A stretch of 56,470 bases of DNA from Verrucomicrobiota bacterium (GCA_038748895.1 JBCDIN010000001.1:1-56470); one strand, 5' to 3'. Shown: positions 35,525-43,640, counted from the stretch's first letter. The notes: generated by a model not told the origin, from the letters alone. A program made the numbers and translations.

Positions 35525-36571
35525 CTACTTTAAAAACCATTTCAGCCGGAGCGCGTTAACGAAAATAACTACGAGGAAGCAGGCGGAAATGAAGCCTAGA
35601 TAATTCATGCTACCCATCTCGTGGCCTCCAGGCATCCCTGGACTGATGCCAATTACATCAAAGATAAAGCCGACGGACCAAGCACCTACAACAAGGGAAA
35701 GTATGTAGATCACCGTCGATGATTTGCCGATTAGCTTAATCAAGGTCGTAACTGTAGCAGTATTTGTAGCAGGTCCAGTTACTAAGAAAACGATTGCCGC
35801 CCCTGGCGTAATGCCCGCCGCCAATAAACCAAATGCCACCGGGATTGAACCGACCGAGCAAGCATAGACCGGGATCGAAAGCAGCGTAACTAAGGCATAG
35901 GTTAGAAAAATATTCTGGTTTAAATAGGTTTCTAACAGATTCTCAGGGATAACGACAGTAAGCAAAGCGCCAATTAAAATACCGACAAACACCGCAAGCC
36001 CGATCTCTCCGGGAAGATTGATTAAACCCTCGCGCAAGATCGAGCGCATCTTCCAAGGTTTTTTTGGATTCTGACTCGGTTCAAAATGCTCATCTTCTAT
36101 CTTCTCGGCGCAACAAGCCTGACAACAGGACGACTCAGACGGCATGGAAGTTTGATCTGATTGATCAAAAAAGTTGATCAGTGAACCAGCCAGTAACCCC
36201 GAGATCACGTCCGCAAAAATACGGCCTATCGTGAACGGAAGCCCCATCAAACTGAATGTAGTCGCAATACTGTCGACTCCGGTTTGGGGCGTTGATGCAG
36301 TGAACGCCGCTACTGCACCTTTGGACGCACCAGCGTTGCGTAGTGTTGCTGCCACTGGTATTACTCCGCAGGAACATAATGGAAGTGGAATTCCGATCAG
36401 TACAGCTTTAAGGATGCTCAACCATGTTTTCTCGGACAAGTGGCTTTGCACCATGGCCACTGGGACTAATTGTGACAGTACACCAGACAGGATAAATCCG
36501 ACAAGTAACCACGGGGCCATACTCACTAACAGCGCCCAAACCGCCGTCAGCAGATCTAGAAGAATTTCCAT
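35525..36571 (-). CDS. DUF318/ArsP-type permease (putative metal/metalloid transporter)
   Basis: A polytopic 348-aa ORF with IGIPLPLCSCGVIPVA, the family Cys motif. A Cys-rich cytoplasmic loop reads SSCCQACCAEK. Confidence 0.8.
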   Translation of the reverse strand: MEILLDLLTAVWALLVSMAPWLLVGFILSGVLSQLVPVAMVQSHLSEKTWLSILKAVLIGIPLPLCSCGVIPVAATLRNAGASKGAVAAFTASTPQTGVDSIATTFSLMGLPFTIGRIFADVISGLLAGSLINFFDQSDQTSMPSESSCCQACCAEKIEDEHFEPSQNPKKPWKMRSILREGLINLPGEIGLAVFVGILIGALLTVVIPENLLETYLNQNIFLTYALVTLLSIPVYACSVGSIPVAFGLLAAGITPGAAIVFLVTGPATNTATVTTLIKLIGKSSTVIYILSLVVGAWSVGFIFDVIGISPGMPGGHEMGSMNYLGFISACFLVVIFVNALRLKWFLK

Positions 36572-36628
36572 TCAGGAATGAGTAAACCCGATAGCAGGGT
36601 TCATCAACCCATTCCTGGAAGCAATCAA

Positions 36629-37351
36629 CTAGCCCTGACTGTAATTTTCAATGAGCTGATCAACACCGTGCTTCGACTGCTTCTTCAAAATTAAATTATC
36701 ACCGGAATAGATTTCGACGTATATTCCGCCTAAAGAATTTTTTAGAGTGACCTCTTTATCACTTTTTCCTTTTCCCTGCGAAATGGTTTGCGTGTGAGAA
36801 ATCTCAATCGTGTCTGTGGATAATACCGTAGCAAGCCGGGAGGGGAGATTTTCTATGTCAATCGAATTACGGTAGACTCCTTTTGTAGCTTCTTCTTTGT
36901 ATTGGGGTTTCTTTTTTTTGTTCGAACTTTGGCCGCCATTGTCTTTCTCAACCAGAAAGACTTCCTTGTATGGAATGGCATAGTCTATACGGAGATTATC
37001 CAGATCCACACTGGAGGTATTAGTGATTTTCACTTCGTATAAATGATGACCCTTGATATCATCAGAAGCTTTTCGCGTAAAATCGAAGCGAAGGCTGCTT
37101 CCAATGATGTATGCTTTATTCCAATCAATAATACGTTGCTTGGACGCATCGTCCAACAGGTTGTAATCGAAGCTAATCGGACTCCCCTTGCCATTAATCC
37201 GCACATTAACGAGCTCTTTTTCAGGGGAAAAGCTATCAATTAGCGCATTAATCGACTGGCCGTCCTTGCTTGAGAGTTGAACTAAATCTCCCGAAAAGCA
37301 CACCTGGCTCAGAAACATCGGGACTGCGAATAGGATAAGGGAAAATCTCAT
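36629..37351 (-). CDS. Secreted hypothetical protein with SHD1-like N-terminal module (tentative); visibly AT-rich gene
   Basis: Signal peptide MRFSLILFAVPMFLSQVCFSG from the ATG at 37351 (the ORF track starts at 37390). LSSKDGQSINALIDSFSPEKELVNVRINGKGSPISFDYNLLDDASKQRIIDW resembles bacterial SHD1 modules. The rest is Lys/Ser/Asn-rich with no recognisable family. Confidence 0.6.
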   Translation of the reverse strand: MRFSLILFAVPMFLSQVCFSGDLVQLSSKDGQSINALIDSFSPEKELVNVRINGKGSPISFDYNLLDDASKQRIIDWNKAYIIGSSLRFDFTRKASDDIKGHHLYEVKITNTSSVDLDNLRIDYAIPYKEVFLVEKDNGGQSSNKKKKPQYKEEATKGVYRNSIDIENLPSRLATVLSTDTIEISHTQTISQGKGKSDKEVTLKNSLGGIYVEIYSGDNLILKKQSKHGVDQLIENYSQG

Positions 37352-37450
37352 TGTTACTAAATATTTGGAGTAAACTCTGAACATACACATATTTCTGAGA
37401 AAAAGTAAACCACCGAAATCGCAACGAGAGGGTAGACGATAGGTTACATT

Positions 37451-38374
37451 TTAATCACGGGAATGGCTGAGCTGCCCAGAGCGTTTCGCCAAAATGCCAT
37501 GGCGTGGGGCTAAAACGAACGCGCAAGCGAAGAGCAGTCCTGCGGCTACGGCCATCATGCCCGAAGTCGAAGTCGATTCGAAACCAAGCCAACCCGGAAC
37601 AAGCAAAGCGCCCAGATGCCCGAAAACAGCCGATAAAGCCGCCAGGATGACGCTAATCGCGATCATTGTGCCAAGACGATCACTCAGGAGGTGAGCTGCC
37701 GCTGCGGGAACGATCAACATCGCAATTACAATGATACTGCCAACCGCCTCGAAAGCGGCAACCGTGGTTAACGCCACCAGCGACATAAGCAAATAATGTA
37801 TCAAATTCGCGTCGAATCCTATCGTTGTGGCCAATTCAGCGTCAAAGGACGAAAGCCGCAATTCTTTGAAAAAGAGCACGATAAACAAAATATTCATTAA
37901 TGCGACCGCTCCAAGAACGAGCGCCGCTCTCGGTACATCCAGACTAAGGCCGAAAATTTCAACCGACCAGACGACATCGAGCGGAGTTAGCTCAATAGCA
38001 CCGTAGAGCACGCAGTTCGGATCCAGATCAACGTGATCAGCCGCCTGTACAATCAAAAGGAGACCCAGGGCAAACAATGTCGTGAAAACAATCCCCATGG
38101 ATGCGCCCTCATCCACCTTACCGAAACGACTAACCCACTGGGTAAATACCGCAGTCAGAACACCGACCAGAGCAGCCCCGATAAACATTGTTAGGCTAGC
38201 TCTTGCCCCGGTGAAGAGAAAAGCGATAGCAAGGCCCGGAAGAACGGCATGGCTGATCGCGTCTCCCATCATGCTCATTTTTCGAAGCACCAGAAAGTTT
38301 CCTAACAAGGCGCAAGAGACTGCTGCCAATACGCCGATGACCACGATCCATGTATCTATTGCATACCAGGTCAT
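37451..38374 (-). CDS. Metal ABC transporter permease (ABC-3 family; TroD/YtgD-like)
   Basis: A 307-aa polytopic ORF typical of the ABC-3 family (MGDAISHAVLPGLAIAF...). It is the last gene of the operon, 9 nt after the upstream permease. Confidence 0.9.
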   Translation of the reverse strand: MTWYAIDTWIVVIGVLAAVSCALLGNFLVLRKMSMMGDAISHAVLPGLAIAFLFTGARASLTMFIGAALVGVLTAVFTQWVSRFGKVDEGASMGIVFTTLFALGLLLIVQAADHVDLDPNCVLYGAIELTPLDVVWSVEIFGLSLDVPRAALVLGAVALMNILFIVLFFKELRLSSFDAELATTIGFDANLIHYLLMSLVALTTVAAFEAVGSIIVIAMLIVPAAAAHLLSDRLGTMIAISVILAALSAVFGHLGALLVPGWLGFESTSTSGMMAVAAGLLFACAFVLAPRHGILAKRSGQLSHSRD

Positions 38375-38383
38375 TGCTAAAAT

Positions 38384-39727
38384 CTAATCTCCCGGGGTGA
38401 TCGGATGTGGACTTGCAGGCACAGTTAAACTGCCCGCAGTCTTTAAACGAACCAACTTCGCCTCCAAAGTTGCGACCATCTTTTCGCCGAGCACGTGCTC
38501 GACTGCATCGGCATCACGGTCGACCCGGCTCGTTGCAACATCGGCGTATTCAATTAGATACATCTCCCACAAGCGATGATTACGCGTTACCCGCGCAGCA
38601 GCCGCCAATCCAGCCGCAGTCAAAAGAACTGGCCCACCGGCACGGTAAGCTTCGACCAGCCCTTCCTCATAGGCTAAACGAAGTGTTCGTTTGAGCTGCT
38701 GGTCCGACCATGTCCGGCGTCCCCGCACCTGTCGGAATTCTACTGGCCGAATCTCGATTTCGAATCCATCAACCTCAAGAATCTCGTAGAGTGCGCGGAG
38801 GAGGTGCTGCCGTCCCATTCTACGCTTTAGAGCGTGCTGCCGCAAAGCACGCACCAGGACACCTCGCTCTCTTCCGAAAAACATACTTACCAAAAACCCT
38901 AAAGCCGCCACCAGAACAATTAGTGCACCAGCCGGCATTCTCGGAAAGAAAGCACTTACACTCGCTCCTACCCAACCACTCAAACCACCAATCAGTGCCG
39001 ACAGTATGAGCATTCGATCGAGCTGATTCGTCCAGAAGCGCGCTGCCGCCGCAGGTGTAATCAAAAAAGCGATGATAAGAATTAAGCCCACTGCCTGCAA
39101 ACCAGCTACTGTCACCGCAGTGACCAAGCCCAGCAAAAGAATATCCAACCCACGAACCGGCCAGCCCTGCGCTGCAGCATACTCCTCATCAAAACACAGC
39201 AGACGAAACTCTTTGAAAAACAAGCCAGAGAGGATCAGGACTCCCAGTGTGACGCCCGACAAGAGCTTAAAATCACTCAGGACCATTGAGGCCGTCTTCC
39301 CATAAATAAACGATTCCAGGCCAGCTGCGCTCCCTTCCGGCATCGTCTGGACAAATCCCAGGATCGCAACCCCCGCACCAAAGAAAACGCTAAGGATAAT
39401 GCCCATCGCGGCGTCATCTTTAATCCGCGAATAACTCCGGATCAGAAGAACCAACACACAGCCGAAAACTCCTGTAATCGTGGCCCCCAGCATCAAGACC
39501 GGCAGCGATTTCCCATCACCACCCAGCCAAACAGAAATCATAAATGCGATCCCCACACCGGGCAGCGTCGCATGTGAGAGCGTATCTCCCATCAACGAAC
39601 GCTTTCTCAACAGAAGAAATCCTCCCATTAAGCCACAGGAGCAGCCCAACAGGACCGTACAGATCACAACCAGACGCGTGTTATAATCGCGTAAGAAAAG
39701 AATGTTGATCACATCTGAGACTTCCAT
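38384..39727 (-). CDS. Metal ABC transporter permease fused to a C-terminal DtxR-family repressor domain (TroC-TroR/YtgC-YtgR-like)
   Basis: The N-terminal ~290 aa is an ABC-3 permease (MGDTLSHATLPGVGIAF). The C-terminal ~150 aa reads LLRALYEILE...LLTAAGLAAAARVTRNHRLWEMYLIEYADVATSRVDRDADAVEHVLGEKMVATLE, the DtxR/MntR HTH plus dimerisation pattern. The ATG at 39727 overlaps the GNAT stop by 1 nt. Confidence 0.85.
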   Translation of the reverse strand: MEVSDVINILFLRDYNTRLVVICTVLLGCSCGLMGGFLLLRKRSLMGDTLSHATLPGVGIAFMISVWLGGDGKSLPVLMLGATITGVFGCVLVLLIRSYSRIKDDAAMGIILSVFFGAGVAILGFVQTMPEGSAAGLESFIYGKTASMVLSDFKLLSGVTLGVLILSGLFFKEFRLLCFDEEYAAAQGWPVRGLDILLLGLVTAVTVAGLQAVGLILIIAFLITPAAAARFWTNQLDRMLILSALIGGLSGWVGASVSAFFPRMPAGALIVLVAALGFLVSMFFGRERGVLVRALRQHALKRRMGRQHLLRALYEILEVDGFEIEIRPVEFRQVRGRRTWSDQQLKRTLRLAYEEGLVEAYRAGGPVLLTAAGLAAAARVTRNHRLWEMYLIEYADVATSRVDRDADAVEHVLGEKMVATLEAKLVRLKTAGSLTVPASPHPITPGD

Positions 39728-40215
39728 CAACCCGCCTTCAGTTGCTTCTCGTAGAACATCGCCCGCCCCATCACTGGGTCGAGTTCATAGCCGACAAAGC
39801 CAAATCTCCTGTAAATTTTCTGGGCTCTTTTGTTTCCTTCCAGGACCTCCAGCGTCAGCTTACAACAGCCCAAGTCATTAGCCATGCCTTCAACTTTTGA
39901 AAGCATGGCCCGGGCTAGGCCTTGTCCTCGAAATTCAGGAACAACAACAAAGTCATGAAGATTCAGGATAGGTTTACAGGCAAATGTAGAAAAGCCTTCG
40001 AAACAGATGGCTAGGCCGGCTGGGGCTTCGCCGACAAAAGCAAGGACAACGTAGCAGTTTTTGCGCTTCCGCAGTTCGGCAAAGAGATTGCCTTTCGTGT
40101 AATCGCTTAGTCCGGAACCACCGCCCATTACATCCTTTGCATACGCGTTCAGAAGCCGGACGATCGTGTCCGCATATTCTGAAGAAGATAGGTCCGCTAA
40201 AATGATCTTATGCAT
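39727..40215 (-). CDS. GNAT-family N-acetyltransferase
   Basis: VVLAFVGEAPAGLAICFE...HDFVVVPEFRGQGLARAMLSKVEGMA...LEVLEGNKRAQKIYRRFGF is the acetyl-CoA-binding R/Q-x-x-G-x-G/A motif context. The start is the ATG at 40215, or at 40251, which would overlap the ATPase. Confidence 0.85.
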   Translation of the reverse strand: MHKIILADLSSSEYADTIVRLLNAYAKDVMGGGSGLSDYTKGNLFAELRKRKNCYVVLAFVGEAPAGLAICFEGFSTFACKPILNLHDFVVVPEFRGQGLARAMLSKVEGMANDLGCCKLTLEVLEGNKRAQKIYRRFGFVGYELDPVMGRAMFYEKQLKAG

Positions 40216-40228
40216 AATCGGTCGGTTA

Positions 40229-41068
40229 TTAGCGGTTTCGCACGATTTCATCTGCTGCTTGGCTTAGAAGAGTTAACTTACCCCCGTATGTCTTGCGAAG
40301 ATTCTCCTGGTTAAAAACTTCCTTCGTTGGGCCTGAGGCCACCACCCGCATGTTGAGTAGCACCGTCCAATCAAAATATTGCGGCACCGTGGCCAGGTCA
40401 TGATGGACCACGAAGCAGGTTTTACCGAGTTGTTGCAGCTCCTTCAGCAAATTCACAATCGCTCGCTCGGTGGCCGCATCGACCGCGGCGAAAGGTTCAT
40501 CCATGAAATAGATATCCGCATTCTGCACTAACGCCCGCGCAAGAAAAGTGCGTTGTTGTTGTCCGCCGGAGAGTTGGCTGATCTGCCGGTGCGCGTAGTC
40601 AGCCAATCCGACTCGCTCCAGCGCTTGCATTGCCAGAGACTTCGAGCGTTTATTCACTCTTTTAAACCAGCCAAGCTGACCATAGGTCCCCATCGCAACA
40701 ACATCGAGGGCACTAACCGGAAAATCCCAGTCCACGCTCTCCCGCTGAGGCACATAACCGACGCGCTTACGTTGCTTGCCATACGGTTCGCCATAGAGAA
40801 GCACTTCTCCTGAAGTGCGCGGGATCAGATCCAGACAAGCTTTGATCAATGTGCTTTTCCCCGCACCGTTTGGCCCCACAATACTGACAAGCTTTCCTTC
40901 AGGAATTGAAAGCTCAATATCCCAAATAACCGGCTTGCGGTGGTAGGCAACCGTCAAGTCCCGCACAACCAATGGCAGCGACTTGAGGTCTACCACAGAC
41001 TGCTCAAATTGTAATTGATTTTTGGATACTTCGTTCAAGAGATCTAATTTTTCGCCACGAAATCGCAC
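40229..41068 (-). CDS. Metal ABC transporter ATP-binding protein (TroB/YtgB/ZnuC-like)
   Basis: Walker A GPNGAGKSTL, signature LSGGQQQRTFLARAL, Walker B IYFMDEPFAAVD. The true start is probably downstream of the ORF-track GTG at 41068 (for example the GTG near 40996, giving VVDLKSLPLVVRDLTVAY). Confidence 0.9.
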   Translation of the reverse strand: MRFRGEKLDLLNEVSKNQLQFEQSVVDLKSLPLVVRDLTVAYHRKPVIWDIELSIPEGKLVSIVGPNGAGKSTLIKACLDLIPRTSGEVLLYGEPYGKQRKRVGYVPQRESVDWDFPVSALDVVAMGTYGQLGWFKRVNKRSKSLAMQALERVGLADYAHRQISQLSGGQQQRTFLARALVQNADIYFMDEPFAAVDAATERAIVNLLKELQQLGKTCFVVHHDLATVPQYFDWTVLLNMRVVASGPTKEVFNQENLRKTYGGKLTLLSQAADEIVRNR

Positions 41069-41084
41069 AAAAAAGCACGAAAAT
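41048..41084. repeat. Left arm of imperfect ~35-bp inverted repeat bounding the GxxExxY gene
   Basis: The arm reads TTTTCGCCACGAAATCGCACAAAAAAGCACGAAAATT. The reverse complement of 41484-41520 reads TTTTAGCCACGAAATCCCAAAAAAGAGCACAAAAAAA. They share an 11-nt perfect core, GCCACGAAATC. Confidence 0.75.
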
Positions 41085-41087
41085 TAA

Positions 41088-41471
41088 CTAGATAGGACCT
41101 AAGACATAACGTTTAATATATAATCCCGGATTTCCGAAATTAATCAGAAGGCCGCAACGTTTTCCACTACCTCGAAGGTATCCGATAAGCTGAGCAACAT
41201 GATCGCCACAGATGGCGCGAGTTGCCTTTAACTCAACAATAAGATCACTCGAAACAAGCAAGTCAGCATGTAAATCTCCGAGTATAGTTCCGTCGTCATC
41301 ATAAACCGGCACTGGCACCTGCTGCTCATCCGAAAGATCCAATTTACGCAAACGAAGAGCTAGACCATTCTCATAAACTTTTTCGAGATGACCATGCCGC
41401 AGATGTTTGTGTAAGGCAAAGGAACACTCTCTAACCATATTATAGAGTCGATTTATCCCAGATTCATTCAT
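41088..41471 (-). CDS. GxxExxY protein (PD-(D/E)xK nuclease-like superfamily)
   Basis: 127 aa with the signature GHLEKVYENGL, followed by VPVYDDDGTILGDLHADLLVSSDLIVELKA, a D...ExK-like core. It sits between the SBP and ATPase genes of the metal operon. Confidence 0.85.
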   Translation of the reverse strand: MNESGINRLYNMVRECSFALHKHLRHGHLEKVYENGLALRLRKLDLSDEQQVPVPVYDDDGTILGDLHADLLVSSDLIVELKATRAICGDHVAQLIGYLRGSGKRCGLLINFGNPGLYIKRYVLGPI

Positions 41472-41483
41472 TACTGCTCTGAC

Positions 41484-41520
41484 TTTTTTTGTGCTCTTTT
41501 TTGGGATTTCGTGGCTAAAA
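41484..41520. repeat. Right arm of the inverted repeat bounding the GxxExxY gene
   Basis: See the left arm. This arm starts 13 nt beyond the GxxExxY start codon and ends 3 nt from the SBP stop codon (41523). Confidence 0.75.
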
Positions 41521-41522
41521 TT

Positions 41523-42512
41523 CTATTTCTCCTTAAAACCAGCTGCCTTACCGCCTAGCGCATTAGCGATTGTGGTCACATTGTGGTCGATCATCCCGAT
41601 ATAAGTACCTTCATAAGTCCCGGGCTGGCCCATCGCATCTGAAAAAAGTTCGCCTCCGATGACTACTGTATGACCACGCGCTTTAGCTCCTTCGACCAAG
41701 GCTCGCACATTTTTATCAGCCACCGAGCTTTCGACAAAAACCGCCGGGATTCTCCGCTCTACGATAAAATCAACCAGTTCTTCGAGGTCACGAACCCCCG
41801 CTTCAGATTCTGTAGTGATCCCCTGAATACCTCGCACCTCGATTCCATATGCGCGTCCCAGATAGCCGAAAGCATCGTGCGCAGTGACCAACACGCGCTG
41901 GCTTTCCGGGATTGAGGCAAGCGCCTCGCGTGCATATACATCCAAAGCCTCAAGATTTTTGATGTAACTCTCTGCCCGAGCGAGATAATCATCCGCATTG
42001 GCAGGATCGTAAACAGCCAGCGTGTTTGCCACAACAGGCACTGCCTGCATCCAGCCTCTTACATCCATCCAGACATGCGGATCAGTGTACTCAGAGCCAT
42101 CATCCTTCTCCATAAGATAATCACTTTCCTCAAGAATCGCCTCTGTCACCGCTTTTACCGGTTTACCGCCCGTGGCCACACGCACCAGCACGTCGGTCAT
42201 TTTCCCTTCCAGTAATAGACCATTGTAAAAAACCACGTCCGCCTCACTTAGCGTGACGACATCACTGCGGGTTGGCTTATAAAGGTGCGGATCAACGCCT
42301 TCGCCTATAATACCGTTCACAGAAGCATGATCCCCAGCAACGTTGCGGACTATATCAGTTATCATCCCAACCGTAGAAACAATCGAATAATTCTCCTTAA
42401 TCGATTGTTTGATCTTTTCTGCAGAATCACTCTCCTCGCTTGGCTTGCATCCAACCAGAATCGCCAAAAAACAAAGCAGAAAACCACCATATATTGATTT
42501 GTTAAAATTCAT
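41523..42512 (-). CDS. Metal ABC transporter substrate-binding lipoprotein (cluster-9 TroA/MntC/YtgA-like)
   Basis: Lipobox FLAILVGC. Metal-site contexts DPHLYKP, DPHVWMDV and TAHDAFGYLG. No His-rich loop is visible, which favours Mn/Fe over Zn. The ATG at 42512 (MNFNKSIYGG) is preferred to the TTG at 42533. Confidence 0.9.
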   Translation of the reverse strand: MNFNKSIYGGFLLCFLAILVGCKPSEESDSAEKIKQSIKENYSIVSTVGMITDIVRNVAGDHASVNGIIGEGVDPHLYKPTRSDVVTLSEADVVFYNGLLLEGKMTDVLVRVATGGKPVKAVTEAILEESDYLMEKDDGSEYTDPHVWMDVRGWMQAVPVVANTLAVYDPANADDYLARAESYIKNLEALDVYAREALASIPESQRVLVTAHDAFGYLGRAYGIEVRGIQGITTESEAGVRDLEELVDFIVERRIPAVFVESSVADKNVRALVEGAKARGHTVVIGGELFSDAMGQPGTYEGTYIGMIDHNVTTIANALGGKAAGFKEK

Positions 42513-42555
42513 ATTTTGACCATTCAAAATCAAGGATCACAGTTTGTCAATCCCG

Positions 42556-42577
42556 TTCAACTTCTGGAAAAGTTGAA
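42556..42577. promoter_or_regulatory. Perfect 8-6-8 palindrome TTCAACTT-ctggaa-AAGTTGAA upstream of the metal operon (candidate operator)
   Basis: The arms are 42556-42563 and 42570-42577. On the minus strand the palindrome is followed 5 nt later by TTGACA (42550-42545), a 17-nt spacer and TTGAAT (42527-42522), just ahead of the SBP start. Confidence 0.35.
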
Positions 42578-42579
42578 GA

Positions 42580-43074
42580 CTACCTGCCAAAAATCCGGCG
42601 CAGGAAATCAAAAATACCCCAACCGCCGGATTGGTTGCCGGAACCACCGGAGTCCGGACTCTGTGACGGGGCCGGACTGGTCCCAGTGTTCCCGCCCGAT
42701 GCTGAATTCGCCGTAACTTGCGAAGGCTCATAACTCAGTGAGATCGTGTAGCCTGTAATGGATGGGCGCTGGGCAACTGCTTCAGCCACGACCCCTTCGA
42801 GCTGCTTGAGGTAATCCTGGCCTGTCGATTCAAGCGTGATCGGTCCGAAAAAATACTGCAGCGCTTCGTGCTCGTAAATCACATACCAACCGCTGTCCAA
42901 CTCTGTGAGATTCGAAATAGTTTTCCCAGGATATCGCGCATCAAAATCCGCTTTCGATAAGAATCCGGTAAAAGGAATCGCATCCGCCTCGATTACTCGG
43001 TTCCCAAGGGCTGACTGCAAAGCAAACAGGAGCCAAAACAAAGGAAGCACTAGGTGTATACGTTTCATATTCAT
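42580..43074 (-). CDS. Secreted hypothetical protein
   Basis: 164 aa with signal peptide MNMKRIHLVLPLFWLLFALQSALG. It has a globular ~100 aa followed by a Ser/Gly/Pro-rich tail. Its ATG overlaps the upstream TGA by 1 nt. Confidence 0.7.
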   Translation of the reverse strand: MNMKRIHLVLPLFWLLFALQSALGNRVIEADAIPFTGFLSKADFDARYPGKTISNLTELDSGWYVIYEHEALQYFFGPITLESTGQDYLKQLEGVVAEAVAQRPSITGYTISLSYEPSQVTANSASGGNTGTSPAPSQSPDSGGSGNQSGGWGIFDFLRRIFGR

Positions 43075-43640
43075 CAGAGGCCGGATGGAAGAGTTCCACC
43101 GAGGTCAGAATTTCTCGAGCCTTTATCTGGATCGGAGCCAGCACCACCGGAACCAGGTAGTTCAGTCGATTGACTTGAAGAATTCGCCGAGTTGGACGCG
43201 TTGTTGCCGGTAGACTCAGGTCGGGAAACCTTAGATTCATTGACCTCCACAGTCGATTCGCTGACCCCGCCTCCGAAACCAAATTCTTCAAAACTTCGGG
43301 AGCTTGCGTTCTCTGAGCTGTTTCCGCCGCCACTGCCAGCCCCAGGTGTTTCTCCCTCCGTCGCGCTTGCACCTGAACCTGCTCCTTCAGCCTCACCTCC
43401 GGCAGCCGATTCTTCCGTCTCAGAACCACTGGAGCTCGAGCCCGGGCCAGCAGACTCTGGATTTACGCTGGAACCATCCGTTCCACTTACCGTGCTGCTG
43501 CCACCCTCTTGACCTGAGCCAGTAGCCGACAAACGACCATCGAAAATATCCGGATCCGGTGCCGCTGTAGCAATTGAGGCGCTTAAAATGAACCAGGATA
43601 TTCGTAAGCGAAGGCTATTTATTAGAGTTTTTCGGTGCAA
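43074..43640 (-). CDS. Secreted low-complexity (Ser/Gly/Glu-rich) protein
   Basis: 188 aa with a TTG start. It has a signal-like RLRISWFILSASIATA, and the remainder is almost entirely S/G/E/A/N. It overlaps the TPR gene stop by 19 nt and couples to the next gene. Confidence 0.5.
   Translation of the reverse strand: MHRKTLINSLRLRISWFILSASIATAAPDPDIFDGRLSATGSGQEGGSSTVSGTDGSSVNPESAGPGSSSSGSETEESAAGGEAEGAGSGASATEGETPGAGSGGGNSSENASSRSFEEFGFGGGVSESTVEVNESKVSRPESTGNNASNSANSSSQSTELPGSGGAGSDPDKGSRNSDLGGTLPSGL

Noticed and set aside
42556-42577. The 8-6-8 palindrome as a Rho-independent terminator of the 42580..43074 gene.
   Set aside because: The stem is AT-rich, with only two G-C pairs. On the transcribed strand it is followed by CGGGATTGAC rather than a U-tract. 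An operator role fits better, although this is unproven.
43192-43525. Plus-strand ORFs (106 and 73 aa) opposite the Ser/Gly/Glu-rich gene.
   Set aside because: They are low-complexity mirror frames of a repetitive region. The minus-strand frame has a signal peptide and start/stop coupling to both neighbours. The coding status of the minus ORF itself is only moderate.
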